Assembly (NCBI GenBank): GCA_964538685.1
Contig: CAZIFD010000001.1
Coordinates: 116,295-180,294, forward strand
Direction: 5' to 3'
Source of the DNA: an uncultured Bdellovibrionales bacterium
GTDB lineage: Bacteria > Patescibacteriota > Minisyncoccia > Moranbacterales > UBA2206
DNA: 64,000 nt
Shown: positions 28,546 through 37,771 of the stretch, one piece after another
Numbering within the stretch: the stretch's first letter is position 1
How the letters are laid out: every line of letters starts with the position of its first letter
Translations under genes and position numbers: made by a program
Notes under the pieces: model-generated
Told to the model about the DNA's origin: nothing
Database searches by the model: none
What the model saw: only the letters and a program-made list of their open reading frames with translations

Positions 28546-29739
28546 TTATTTAGGTTCAATGTCTGATTGAACCGGAAGTGTGAAGATATTTTCGGCCATA
28601 GCGTGGATTTTGTCGTAGTTGTCTCCGATTGGCAAGAGAATGTATCCAGCCGCCGGATCAGAATTTTCCGGATGATATAAGAGTCCTTCCTCGGTGTTTT
28701 CCAGCACCCTTTGGAAGGTTTCCGGATTTTGCATTCCTGAATAAATTTCATACATTTTCTTAACTTCCCAGAGATCCATATCAGTTCTGACATTGTCTCC
28801 TAAACTGTCAAGAATTCCATTGAGTTTTTCATAGTCGGACAAAGTTCCGGCGCTGAGCATTTTTTCCTTAACTTCTTTGATGATAAGTTGCTGTCTTTTG
28901 GCTCTTTCAAAATCATTGGAAGTTTTGCGCGATCTGACAAAGCAAAGAGCGGTTTCTCCATTTAATGTTTGTTTTCCGGCGGGCAAAGAAAATGCTCCTC
29001 CGCATTCAGTGTCGGGATTGACGCAAAGCGGATAGGTTTTTGCCAGGTATTTGGTTCCGTCTTGGCGAGTATAATATTTGTATTCATAATTTCCGGTTGG
29101 CTTGGTGAAAACATAAGAATCACAAACTTTTTCCTCTTGAAATTGAAGAGGTTCGCTGAAAGCTTCCTTGAGTTCTATTTCCACTCCGCCAATGGCGTCA
29201 ATGAGTTGTTCAAATCCGGCAAAATTGATGCTGGCGGCATAATGAATTTTGATTCCTAAAACTTCAGATAAAACAGTTTTCATATCTTCCAATCCTTGAC
29301 CTTTCCCTTTTTCTTCTCCGTAATGATGAACAGCATTGATTTTTTGTTTATTTTGAGTTCCGGGAACAGTAACATACAAATCTCTGGGAATGGAAATCAT
29401 AGACATTTTGTTCTCTGCTGGTTTGAAAGAGAAAACTATGATAGTGTCCGCCAGCAAACCTCCTCCGGGAACATTTTCTCCTCTCATTCCGAGAAGAGCA
29501 ACATTAATTCTTCCCTCTTCCTCTCCTTGAAGTTTATTTTCTACTCCGGGAAGCGAATGGATTAAACTGCTCAGCACTCCCCCGTCAGTTATTTTGTTGA
29601 GAATGCGTCCGGTTTTCCAGGCAAATATTCCTCCGCCGATTAAAACTATTCCCAAAACAACAACGATTATTTGAAACCATTTCTTTTTGTAAAACCGTGT
29701 TTGAATTCGGTTATTGTTTTCTTTTGGACTGTGTATCAT
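28546..29739 (-). CDS. LytR-CpsA-Psr (LCP) family protein
   Basis: N-terminal TM then the LCP core (RINVALLGMRG...DTIIVFS...SIPRDLYV). Confidence 0.75.
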   Translation of the reverse strand: MIHSPKENNNRIQTRFYKKKWFQIIVVVLGIVLIGGGIFAWKTGRILNKITDGGVLSSLIHSLPGVENKLQGEEEGRINVALLGMRGENVPGGGLLADTIIVFSFKPAENKMSMISIPRDLYVTVPGTQNKQKINAVHHYGEEKGKGQGLEDMKTVLSEVLGIKIHYAASINFAGFEQLIDAIGGVEIELKEAFSEPLQFQEEKVCDSYVFTKPTGNYEYKYYTRQDGTKYLAKTYPLCVNPDTECGGAFSLPAGKQTLNGETALCFVRSRKTSNDFERAKRQQLIIKEVKEKMLSAGTLSDYEKLNGILDSLGDNVRTDMDLWEVKKMYEIYSGMQNPETFQRVLENTEEGLLYHPENSDPAAGYILLPIGDNYDKIHAMAENIFTLPVQSDIEPK

Positions 29740-29828
29740 TTTTTTAATTTATTTAATCTTAAAAAACAGTAGCCATAGTTTGCGACTACTTGACAATATA
29801 CTTAATTTTAGTTTTTTTAACAGCTTTG

Positions 29829-30992
29829 TCAATGCTTATTATTGCTGTCTAGTTGTTGAAAAAACTTTAACATTTTTTGAGCCGTTTTTTCCCAGGAAAA
29901 CTCTTTTAGTTTTTCTTCTCCCTTAGCAATCAAACTTTTTCGCAAATCATTTTTAGCAAGGATATCTTCCAGATTTTTTTTCAAATTAGCTGTTTTTCTG
30001 GTGTCAAAAAGAAGAGCGGCTGAGCCGGCTACTTCAATGTGAGATGGAATGCGGGAGGCGACAACTGGTGTTTTGAAAGCAAAAGCTTCCAAGATTGGAA
30101 TACCAAAACCTTCGTAGAGAGAAGGAAAGCAAAAAACTTGAGCTAAGTGGAAAAAATACGGTTTGTCTTCTTCGGAAATAAATCCGGGAAAAATAACTTT
30201 TTTTTGAAGTTTCATTTCTTCAATTTTTTCTTCAATTTTTTGATCAAAATTATATCCCCTTCCTCCCGCCAAAACCAATCTTAATTCCGGTTCGGTTTTT
30301 GACAGTTGGCTGAAAGCTGAAATTAGCATCGGAATATTTTTTCTCGGTTGTAGGGTGCCAAGATAAAGAATAAATTTTTCCGGCAATTCATATTTATTTT
30401 TTATTACTTCTGTTTTTTCCGGTAAAAAATTAAAATTTAAAAAATTATCAGAAACGGAATTATGAAACCAATCAATCTTTTTTTCATCTTGAGCAGGATA
30501 ATATTTAAGAATTTCCTGACTGGTAAACCGAGAAACGCCAAGAATCAGATCAGCTCTTTTGAGGCTTAGCGGAATGAATAAATTCAGAAAAAAAAGATCA
30601 ATTTTTTTGATCATTTTCGGATAAACCCGAAAAGAAACATCATGAATAATGGTGATTATTTTGGTTCTTTTGGGGACAAAAAAAGGAACGATATATTGTG
30701 TCAAATAAACATCTAACGGGTTTTTGCGGACAAACCTGGGAAGAGTCCAAAAATTCCAAACGAACTTGTTGATTCCGGCCTCTCCCAGATTTATCACTGT
30801 GAAGTTATTACGAAGTTTCATTTTTTTTATTTCATCGCAAAGGAACTGATCTTTTTTTGGATTGCGGTCGGTGAAAAGCCAATATTCATTTGTTTTGTCA
30901 ATTTGAGACAAATTTTTAACCAAATTGAAAAAGACGACTTCGTCGCCTGTTCGGCCCTTGCCAATATTTCTAATATCAATTCCAATTCTCAT
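29829..30992 (-). CDS. Glycosyltransferase family 4 (GT-B)
   Basis: C-terminal EGFGIPILEAFAFKTPVVAS motif (E-x7-E type). Confidence 0.75.
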   Translation of the reverse strand: MRIGIDIRNIGKGRTGDEVVFFNLVKNLSQIDKTNEYWLFTDRNPKKDQFLCDEIKKMKLRNNFTVINLGEAGINKFVWNFWTLPRFVRKNPLDVYLTQYIVPFFVPKRTKIITIIHDVSFRVYPKMIKKIDLFFLNLFIPLSLKRADLILGVSRFTSQEILKYYPAQDEKKIDWFHNSVSDNFLNFNFLPEKTEVIKNKYELPEKFILYLGTLQPRKNIPMLISAFSQLSKTEPELRLVLAGGRGYNFDQKIEEKIEEMKLQKKVIFPGFISEEDKPYFFHLAQVFCFPSLYEGFGIPILEAFAFKTPVVASRIPSHIEVAGSAALLFDTRKTANLKKNLEDILAKNDLRKSLIAKGEEKLKEFSWEKTAQKMLKFFQQLDSNNKH

Positions 30993-31000
30993 TTAGTTCT

Positions 31001-32596
31001 TTATTTTCTAACTAAACTCACGGCCAAAAACACCCATAAGAATCCTAACATAATTCCACTGTTAAATAAATTGGAAAAAGTCAAGGCAATCCAAGCGGAT
31101 ACAATGAAAAGCAACCAAGACTTTTCCGACAAAGCAACTGAATTTAGAAAATCACAAATAGCCTTTCCCAAAAGAAACAACCAGAAAATAAGAAGGGATA
31201 AAAATCCAATCAGCCCGCTTCCGAGATAAATTTCTAAAAACAAATTGCTGGCATTGAGGCTGGCTCCTCTTTCATCGGTTCCCAAAATTTGTCCCATACT
31301 TCCCCAACCGATGCCAAGAATTGGATGCGCTTTGATTTGTTCCCAAGATTTTTGGTAAATTTGATTGCGAATATTGAAATTTGGATCAGGACGATAAGTT
31401 TCACTGACAAATCTTCCATTATTTTTTTCAGTTTCAATTTCTTCCAAATTAATGTGGCGACAATTATATTTTTTCAATTCTTCAATTGATGAAATAGTTT
31501 GAGGAATAGTCGTTTCTTTTTCGCAAGAAACGGTAATTTTTTGTTTTCCGGAGCCGGTGCTTTCCAGACGATTGGCTAATTGAAAATTGGTGAGGCTAAA
31601 AATATAAATAATAGCTATTGAAATTAGAGTGGAAACAACGATTCCGAAAAGATTTTTCCAAAAAATTTTCCAGTGCCATTTTTTTATAGATTCAAAATTA
31701 ATTTTCAATGAGGCGAAAAGAAAAATTGCGATCGCGCCCATCGCTCCAATCCAAGCGCTTCTGGAAACAGTGAGAATAAGGAGGGTTAGGGATAAGGTTA
31801 AAAAAATCCAACTACCGGCTTGCTTCAAATTTCTGGTTTTTGTTCCCAGGATTTCTTTGTAGGTTTCAACTTCTTTTTTACTGAAATAAAAAACAACTGC
31901 TAAAAGAGAACTTATTAGAAAAGCTAGAAAAATTCCCAGCCAATCCGGTTCTTGAAAAGTTGAATTGGGGCGTCCCGGCATTATTTCAAAAGATTCCAGA
32001 CCACTCCCAAAACGCCAACTTTGCCAAATGCCATAAAGCACAATCACAAAAGACGAACTGAAAAAGAAAGGGATGATTCTTTTGAGATCGGAATAATCTT
32101 GAACAAAAATTCTGGTTATAAAATAGATTAATATGAATGAAATTATGATTAGGGATAATTTAAAACTGAGTCCCCTTTCAGGAGCGTTTAGGGCGCTTAT
32201 GAATCCGGAAATTCCGAAAATAATAATTAAAAAATCCGGCCAGCCCAATCGGGGCAAAGAAAAATTAAGCCTTTTGGAAAAATGTCTTATGCAAATGGCC
32301 GAAACCACCAAAAGAGCCAAAATTTGGTAGGCGCGTAAATTGAGAGGAAAATTTTCCGGAGCCAAGTTTAAATTTTCCAAAGTTATTGTGCTCACAAAAA
32401 AAAGAAACGCCCAGCCGGGGCGATAAAGCGCGAAGGCCAAGGAAAGAAAAAATAAAAAACAAAAATCTCCCAAGCTCAAAGGAAAAGTTCCAAGATTAAA
32501 AAGAGAGATCAGAAAAAAAACCAAAAAAGTTCCGGCCAAAACCAATCCTATTTTCAGTCTATTGAGATTTTGAAAAGCATATTTCAATTTTTCCAT
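31001..32596 (-). CDS. O-antigen ligase/polymerase-like (Wzy_C/WaaL-like) polytopic membrane protein
   Basis: At least 10 TM helices with SRSAWIGAMGAIAIF, matching the Wzy_C motif region. Sits among GT genes. Confidence 0.55.
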   Translation of the reverse strand: MEKLKYAFQNLNRLKIGLVLAGTFLVFFLISLFNLGTFPLSLGDFCFLFFLSLAFALYRPGWAFLFFVSTITLENLNLAPENFPLNLRAYQILALLVVSAICIRHFSKRLNFSLPRLGWPDFLIIIFGISGFISALNAPERGLSFKLSLIIISFILIYFITRIFVQDYSDLKRIIPFFFSSSFVIVLYGIWQSWRFGSGLESFEIMPGRPNSTFQEPDWLGIFLAFLISSLLAVVFYFSKKEVETYKEILGTKTRNLKQAGSWIFLTLSLTLLILTVSRSAWIGAMGAIAIFLFASLKINFESIKKWHWKIFWKNLFGIVVSTLISIAIIYIFSLTNFQLANRLESTGSGKQKITVSCEKETTIPQTISSIEELKKYNCRHINLEEIETEKNNGRFVSETYRPDPNFNIRNQIYQKSWEQIKAHPILGIGWGSMGQILGTDERGASLNASNLFLEIYLGSGLIGFLSLLIFWLFLLGKAICDFLNSVALSEKSWLLFIVSAWIALTFSNLFNSGIMLGFLWVFLAVSLVRK

Positions 32597-32600
32597 AATT

Positions 32601-33779
32601 TTATTTTTCTGAAATTTGAAAGGTTGAAATAATAGTTAATATTTTTTTGAGAAATTTTTTCCACGAAAATTCTTCGGATCTTTCTTGTCCTTTTCTTTTC
32701 AAATCTTGTCGCAAATTTTCTTGGATCAGAATTTTTTTCATAATGTGAGATATTTCTTCCGTATCTTCGGGATTGCAATAAAGAACCCCGTCTTTTCCGA
32801 CTTCTGGCAGAGAAGAAGTTTTGGAAGTCAGAACAGGAACTCCTTGACTCATAGCTTCCAAAACCGGCAAACCGAACCCTTCATAAAATGAGGGATAAAC
32901 AAAAAGCGAAGCTTGGTTATAAACAGCGGGCATTTCTTTTTGAGGAACAAATCCGAGAGTTTTAACTTTTCCAATCAGATTATTTTTTTTAATCAATTTT
33001 TCCACATCAGTCATGAGTGGCGCCAGCTTTGGATTAAGCTTTCCAATGATGACAAGTGGCGGAATTTGGGACAAGAATTTTTCCTGCTTGTTTCTTTCAA
33101 TTAATTTTTTGTAGGCCAAAATCAGACCGCGGATATTTTTTCTTTTGTCTAATCCGGCTCCTCCGAGAATGTAGCCGGGTTTCAGATGATATTTTGTCAA
33201 GACTTCGGAAATTTTTTCCGAGGTTGGTTTTTTTTGATAAATCGGATCAGTGGCGATATAGTTGGTGGTAATTTTTTCTCCGGCAATACCCAATTCTTGA
33301 ATCAGATCTTTTTCCGTTCTCTTGGAAACAGAAATCAAACGGGTAGCTTTTTTAATAGCTTTTTCGGTTAGCTTTTGATAATTTTTTTTGCGTGAATTAT
33401 TCAAATATTCAGGAAAAAAACGAGGAATAAGATCGTGAACCAGCATTAGATGGGGTATTTTTTTGGGCAAAACAGTCGGGCATTGATAAAGACTGAAAAA
33501 TAAATCACAGTTGTCTTTTTTTGCTTTTTTGGGCAATGAATATTTTTCCCACCAAATTTTTCGGATCAGGTCGTCTCTTTTCCAGAGGGGCAAGAAAGCG
33601 CGAATTTCAAAATTTTTCGGCACGGCAAAATCTTTGGGAGGCAATTCCTCAAAGTATAAGACAAATTCATTTTGGCTTTTGTCTTCAATCTCAAATAACT
33701 CTTTGAGAAAGTTTAATGAAACTTGCCCGATGCCGGTTCCCGGCTTTCTGATGAAAGATGCATTGATGCCAATTTTCAT
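32601..33779 (-). CDS. Glycosyltransferase family 4 (GT-B)
   Basis: EGFGLPVLEAMSQGVPVLTS motif. Confidence 0.75.
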   Translation of the reverse strand: MKIGINASFIRKPGTGIGQVSLNFLKELFEIEDKSQNEFVLYFEELPPKDFAVPKNFEIRAFLPLWKRDDLIRKIWWEKYSLPKKAKKDNCDLFFSLYQCPTVLPKKIPHLMLVHDLIPRFFPEYLNNSRKKNYQKLTEKAIKKATRLISVSKRTEKDLIQELGIAGEKITTNYIATDPIYQKKPTSEKISEVLTKYHLKPGYILGGAGLDKRKNIRGLILAYKKLIERNKQEKFLSQIPPLVIIGKLNPKLAPLMTDVEKLIKKNNLIGKVKTLGFVPQKEMPAVYNQASLFVYPSFYEGFGLPVLEAMSQGVPVLTSKTSSLPEVGKDGVLYCNPEDTEEISHIMKKILIQENLRQDLKRKGQERSEEFSWKKFLKKILTIISTFQISEK

Positions 33780-33853
33780 AACTGTATTTTAACCCAAAAT
33801 GACAAAAATTAAAATCCCCTCCATAAGGAAGGGATTTTAGTTTGCTTCTATTT

Positions 33854-33973
33854 TTAGGATATAATCATCAAAGTTAGTTTCGCCAGTCTTACTGTCAAAA
33901 TTCCCAAAACAAACAAAATGGCGATGACGGTGAATGGAATGGATAAATTAAACAGGATTTCTCCCCAACTCAT
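33854..33973 (-). CDS. Candidate 39-aa hydrophobic single-TM micro-protein (MSWGEILFNLSIPFTVIAILFVLGILTVRLAKLTLMIIS)
   Basis: Not in the ORF table (under 60 aa). GGAG 5 nt upstream of the ATG. Followed on its strand by a GC hairpin (33815-33845). Confidence 0.3.
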   Translation of the reverse strand: MSWGEILFNLSIPFTVIAILFVLGILTVRLAKLTLMIIS

Positions 33974-34182
33974 TTTCTCCATAGAGGTTTGCTTACGAGT
34001 TAACCGCAAATGCTAGCATATTTTTTATTTTTTGTCAAGAGGTGCGTAAAAATAAGGCTTTTCTTGGATGTTTTAATGTTATTTGTGGCGATTTGGTTTT
34101 TTGGAAAAAACTAATTATAATTAAATTCGTATTCTAAAGAAAGATTAGTGAACATATTAATTTTAAAAAATAATTTATTTGT

Positions 34183-35469
34183 ATGACAAAAAAAACAGAA
34201 CAGAAAACAGTTTGTGTTGTCGGATTGGGTTATGTGGGTTTGCCTTTGGCAATGCGATCGCTTGAACGAGGTTATGGTGTAATCGGTTTTGATTTGGACG
34301 AGAAAAAAAACCGACTTATCAATCAAGGAAAAAATCCGATTGAAGAAAAATTTTTGGAAAACTACTTTAAAAATTTTCAGTTGCGAGCTACTAGCGACGA
34401 AAAAGAAATTAAAAAAGCGGATATAGTTTTGATTTGTGTTCCGACTCCGGTGGATGAAAAATTTTTTCCCGATCTTCGTCCGGTCAAGGGAGCGACGGAA
34501 TTGGTGGCAAGAAATCTCAAAAAAGGCGCCTTGGTAGTTTTGGAATCAACAGTGAATCCTGGCGTTTCAGAGGAAGTGGTGGCGCCGATTCTTGAAGTGG
34601 CGGGACACAAAATTGGCGAAGATGTTTTTTTGGCTCACTGTCCGGAAAGAATCAATCCGGGAGACGAGAATTGGAATGTGACCAATATTCCTCGGGTAGT
34701 CGGTTCTTTTGAAAAAAAAGGTCTCAAAATGGCTAAAGATTTTTATGAATCAATTGTGGATGGACCAATCAGACCAATGAAATCCATTCGGGAAGCGGAA
34801 GCGGTCAAGATTGTGGAAAATTCTTTCCGAGATATTAATATTGCTTTTGTGAACGAGCTGGCTAAATCTTTTGACAAGTTGGATATTGATGTTCGGGATG
34901 TGATTTTGGGGGCTGCTACCAAGCCCTTTGCTTTTCTGGCTCACTTCCCTTCTTGTGGAGTGGGCGGTCACTGTATTCCGGTTGACCCTTACTATCTTAT
35001 TGAACGCGCCAAGGAATCGGGATTTGACCATAAATTTCTTAGAATTGCTCGCGAAATCAATAACTCAATGCCAGAATACACCGTGGAAAAACTGCAGGAC
35101 GCTTTGAATGAAATCAAACTCCCGATGAAAGGAACGAAAGTCGGACTGTTGGGAATTTCCTACAAAGCCAATGTGGATGATGTGCGTGAATCTCCCTCTC
35201 TCAAAATTATGGAATTGCTCAAAAAATATGGTTGCGATTTTCAAGTCTTTGACCCGCATATTCTTTCAAAATCAACGGTCAAAAATTTGGAAGCTATTCT
35301 AAAAAAATCCCAAGCTTTGATTTTGGCTACCAATCACGATGAATTTCTTGATATTGACGGACCAATGCTCAAGAAGTTTGGTGTTAAAATTGTAATTGAT
35401 GGGAAGAATTGTTTGGACAAGCAAAAAATCAAAAAATCAGGTATAATATATAAAGGAATCGGAAGATAG
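34183..35469 (+). CDS. UDP-N-acetyl-hexosamine (ManNAc/GlcNAc) 6-dehydrogenase, WecC/WbpA-like
   Basis: Rossmann VVGLGYVGLPLA, catalytic-Cys motif GGHCIPVDPYYL typical of WecC/WbpA rather than Ugd. Confidence 0.75.
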   Translation: MTKKTEQKTVCVVGLGYVGLPLAMRSLERGYGVIGFDLDEKKNRLINQGKNPIEEKFLENYFKNFQLRATSDEKEIKKADIVLICVPTPVDEKFFPDLRPVKGATELVARNLKKGALVVLESTVNPGVSEEVVAPILEVAGHKIGEDVFLAHCPERINPGDENWNVTNIPRVVGSFEKKGLKMAKDFYESIVDGPIRPMKSIREAEAVKIVENSFRDINIAFVNELAKSFDKLDIDVRDVILGAATKPFAFLAHFPSCGVGGHCIPVDPYYLIERAKESGFDHKFLRIAREINNSMPEYTVEKLQDALNEIKLPMKGTKVGLLGISYKANVDDVRESPSLKIMELLKKYGCDFQVFDPHILSKSTVKNLEAILKKSQALILATNHDEFLDIDGPMLKKFGVKIVIDGKNCLDKQKIKKSGIIYKGIGR

Positions 35470-35505
35470 TTTCCGGTTTAGAATTTAAAATTTAAAATTA
35501 TAGCT

Positions 35506-35736
35506 ATGTTTAGTTTGATCAAAGGTATTATCTGGTTAGTGGGTTTGGTAGTGGTGGCAATGTTTGTTTTGAATTATTTTGGCTTTGAGGTGAATAAAAA
35601 TTATTTCAATGAAAGCAAAAACGGATGTCAAGAGCGTCTTGAAACTTGCGCCAAGGAGTATATGGAACAAGGAACCAAAAACGCCAAATGTGATTTTGAT
35701 TGCGTTGATCCAAAATTAATAATCAAGAAAAAATAA
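35506..35736 (+). CDS. Small secreted/membrane Cys-rich protein
   Basis: 76 aa, N-terminal TM, four Cys in the C-terminal part. Confidence 0.4.
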   Translation: MFSLIKGIIWLVGLVVVAMFVLNYFGFEVNKNYFNESKNGCQERLETCAKEYMEQGTKNAKCDFDCVDPKLIIKKK

Positions 35737-35740
35737 AGTC

Positions 35741-36691
35741 ATGAAATTAATCGTCAATATCCCAGCTTACAATGAAGAAGAAAAAATTGCGGAAACTATC
35801 AGACGCATTCCCAAGGATTTTTCCGGAATTTCAGAAGTTTTTATTCAAGTTATAGATGATGGTTCCAGCGACAAAACCGTTTCTGAAGCGGAGAAAGGCG
35901 AAGCTGATGCCGTTTATTCCAATGGAATTAATCGGGGAATCGGGGTAACTTTCAGAAATGCGGTTCATCAAGCCTTGGAAAATGGAGCGGATATTATGGT
36001 GAACATTGATGCGGATGGTCAATTTAATCCCAGTGATATTCAAAAAATCATTGATCCGATTCGGAAAAACGAAGCCGATATGGTGAGCGCTGATCGTTTT
36101 GGCGAAAAAAAGGCCAAGGATATGCCGGGAGCCAAATATTATCTTAACCGTTTGGCTGCTTGGATAATAAGCAAGTTTATGAATGTCAGGATTAAGGATT
36201 TAACTTGTGGTTTCAGAGCTTATTCCAGAGAAACCTTAATGCGACTTAATCTTCCCGGAAACTTCACTTATACCCAAGAAACAATCATTGACGCTTTGGG
36301 AAAAAATTTAAAAATCAAATGGGTTCCGGTTGAAGTTACTTATTTTGCGGAAAGAAAATCCCGTGTGGTTAAAAGCATTTGGAACTATGTCAATAACAGT
36401 TTTCGCATCATCCTAAAAGCGGTTCGCGATGTTCGCCCGATGAAATTTTTTGGAATTCCCGGTTTGGGAATGATTTTCGTGTCTATTGTTTTTCTAGTTA
36501 TTTTTTTGATTTTTTATTTTCAGGATTTCAAGATTTCTCCTTACAGAAATTATTTAATTGTTGCCATCAGTCTTTTTTTAATCGGATTGCAATTTATGAT
36601 TTTTGCGTTGATTGCCGATATGATCAAATCCAATCGGAAATTAAACGAAGAGGAAATCTATCTTCTTAAGAAAGAAAAATATAAGAAATAG
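35741..36691 (+). CDS. GT2 polyprenol-phosphate glycosyltransferase (DPM1/GtrB/ArnC-like)
   Basis: NIPAYNEEEKI...VIDDGSSDKT...DADGQ followed by two C-terminal TM helices, the GtrB/ArnC architecture. Confidence 0.75.
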   Translation: MKLIVNIPAYNEEEKIAETIRRIPKDFSGISEVFIQVIDDGSSDKTVSEAEKGEADAVYSNGINRGIGVTFRNAVHQALENGADIMVNIDADGQFNPSDIQKIIDPIRKNEADMVSADRFGEKKAKDMPGAKYYLNRLAAWIISKFMNVRIKDLTCGFRAYSRETLMRLNLPGNFTYTQETIIDALGKNLKIKWVPVEVTYFAERKSRVVKSIWNYVNNSFRIILKAVRDVRPMKFFGIPGLGMIFVSIVFLVIFLIFYFQDFKISPYRNYLIVAISLFLIGLQFMIFALIADMIKSNRKLNEEEIYLLKKEKYKK

Positions 36692-36697
36692 TCTTTT

Positions 36698-37771
36698 ATG
36701 AAAATTCTTTTCATTGCTCATTCTTATCCTCCAATTACTGGCGGAGTGGAAAATCAAAACTTTGAATTATATACTGGGCTTTCAAAAATTGCGAAAGTTA
36801 AATTGTTAGCGAACAAAAAAAGATGGTTGATACCGTTTTTTTTGGGATATGCTTTTATTCGCGGGCTTTTTTCTGCTAGAAATTATGACATTGTTTTTTT
36901 GGGAAGTTGTATTTCGGGGCCGATTGGTTGGGCGATTAAAAAAATGACAAAAACTCCGGTTGTAGCAGTGGCTCATGGTTTGGATTTGACTTGGAAAAAC
37001 AAAATTTATCAAAATTTATGGGTGAAAAAATTCATTCCCTCTCTTGACAAACTGATTGCTGTCGGCAATGAAACTATTGAAGTTGGAGTGGCACGAGGAA
37101 TTCCACGGAAAAAAATGGTTTTTATTCCAAATGGAGTTGATGTGGAAAGATTTATGCGACCGCATTCCCGAGAGGAATTGGAAAAAGTGGTGGGCGAAAA
37201 ATTGGGAGACAAAAAAGTAATTTTAACCACCGGTCGTTTGGCGGTTCACAAAGGAGTGGATTGGTTTTCGGAAAAAGTCGTTTCCTTGCTTCCGGAAAAT
37301 GTGATTTATTTAATTGCCGGAGATGGAGAAAAAAAAGAAGCCGTTCAAAAAATTATCCAAGAAAATAAATTAGAAAATAAGATTAAAATGCTGGGTTATG
37401 TGACTGATGAAGAACGGGAAATTCTTTATAATACAGCCGATATTTATGTGAAACCCAATATCAAAGTTCCGGGGACAATGGAAGGATTCGGGTTGGTTGT
37501 TTTGGAGGCGGCGATTTGCGAACTTCCGGTAGTGGCTTCGGAATTGGAAGGAATAAAAGATGCTATTCAAGATGGCAAAAACGGTTTTTTGGTTAGGCCG
37601 AATGATGCCGATGGTTTTGTCAAAAAAATTGAATACTTGTTGAATGATAATGATTTTCGGAAAGCTTTTGGAAAAAAAGCCAGAGAATACACTAAAGAAA
37701 ATTTTGCTTGGGAAAAAATTTCCCAAAAATATTTAGAGGAAATAACTCAAACTATCAAACAAAATGGTTGA
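36698..37771 (+). CDS. Glycosyltransferase family 4 (GT-B)
   Basis: MKILFIAHSYPPITGGVEN...EGFGLVVLEAAICELPVVAS. Confidence 0.75.
   Translation: MKILFIAHSYPPITGGVENQNFELYTGLSKIAKVKLLANKKRWLIPFFLGYAFIRGLFSARNYDIVFLGSCISGPIGWAIKKMTKTPVVAVAHGLDLTWKNKIYQNLWVKKFIPSLDKLIAVGNETIEVGVARGIPRKKMVFIPNGVDVERFMRPHSREELEKVVGEKLGDKKVILTTGRLAVHKGVDWFSEKVVSLLPENVIYLIAGDGEKKEAVQKIIQENKLENKIKMLGYVTDEEREILYNTADIYVKPNIKVPGTMEGFGLVVLEAAICELPVVASELEGIKDAIQDGKNGFLVRPNDADGFVKKIEYLLNDNDFRKAFGKKAREYTKENFAWEKISQKYLEEITQTIKQNG

Noticed and set aside
28488-28793. 101-aa minus-strand ORF overlapping the 3' end of the LCP gene
   Set aside because: It lies in an alternative frame within or adjacent to a well-supported gene, with no RBS. 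Likely a frame artefact.
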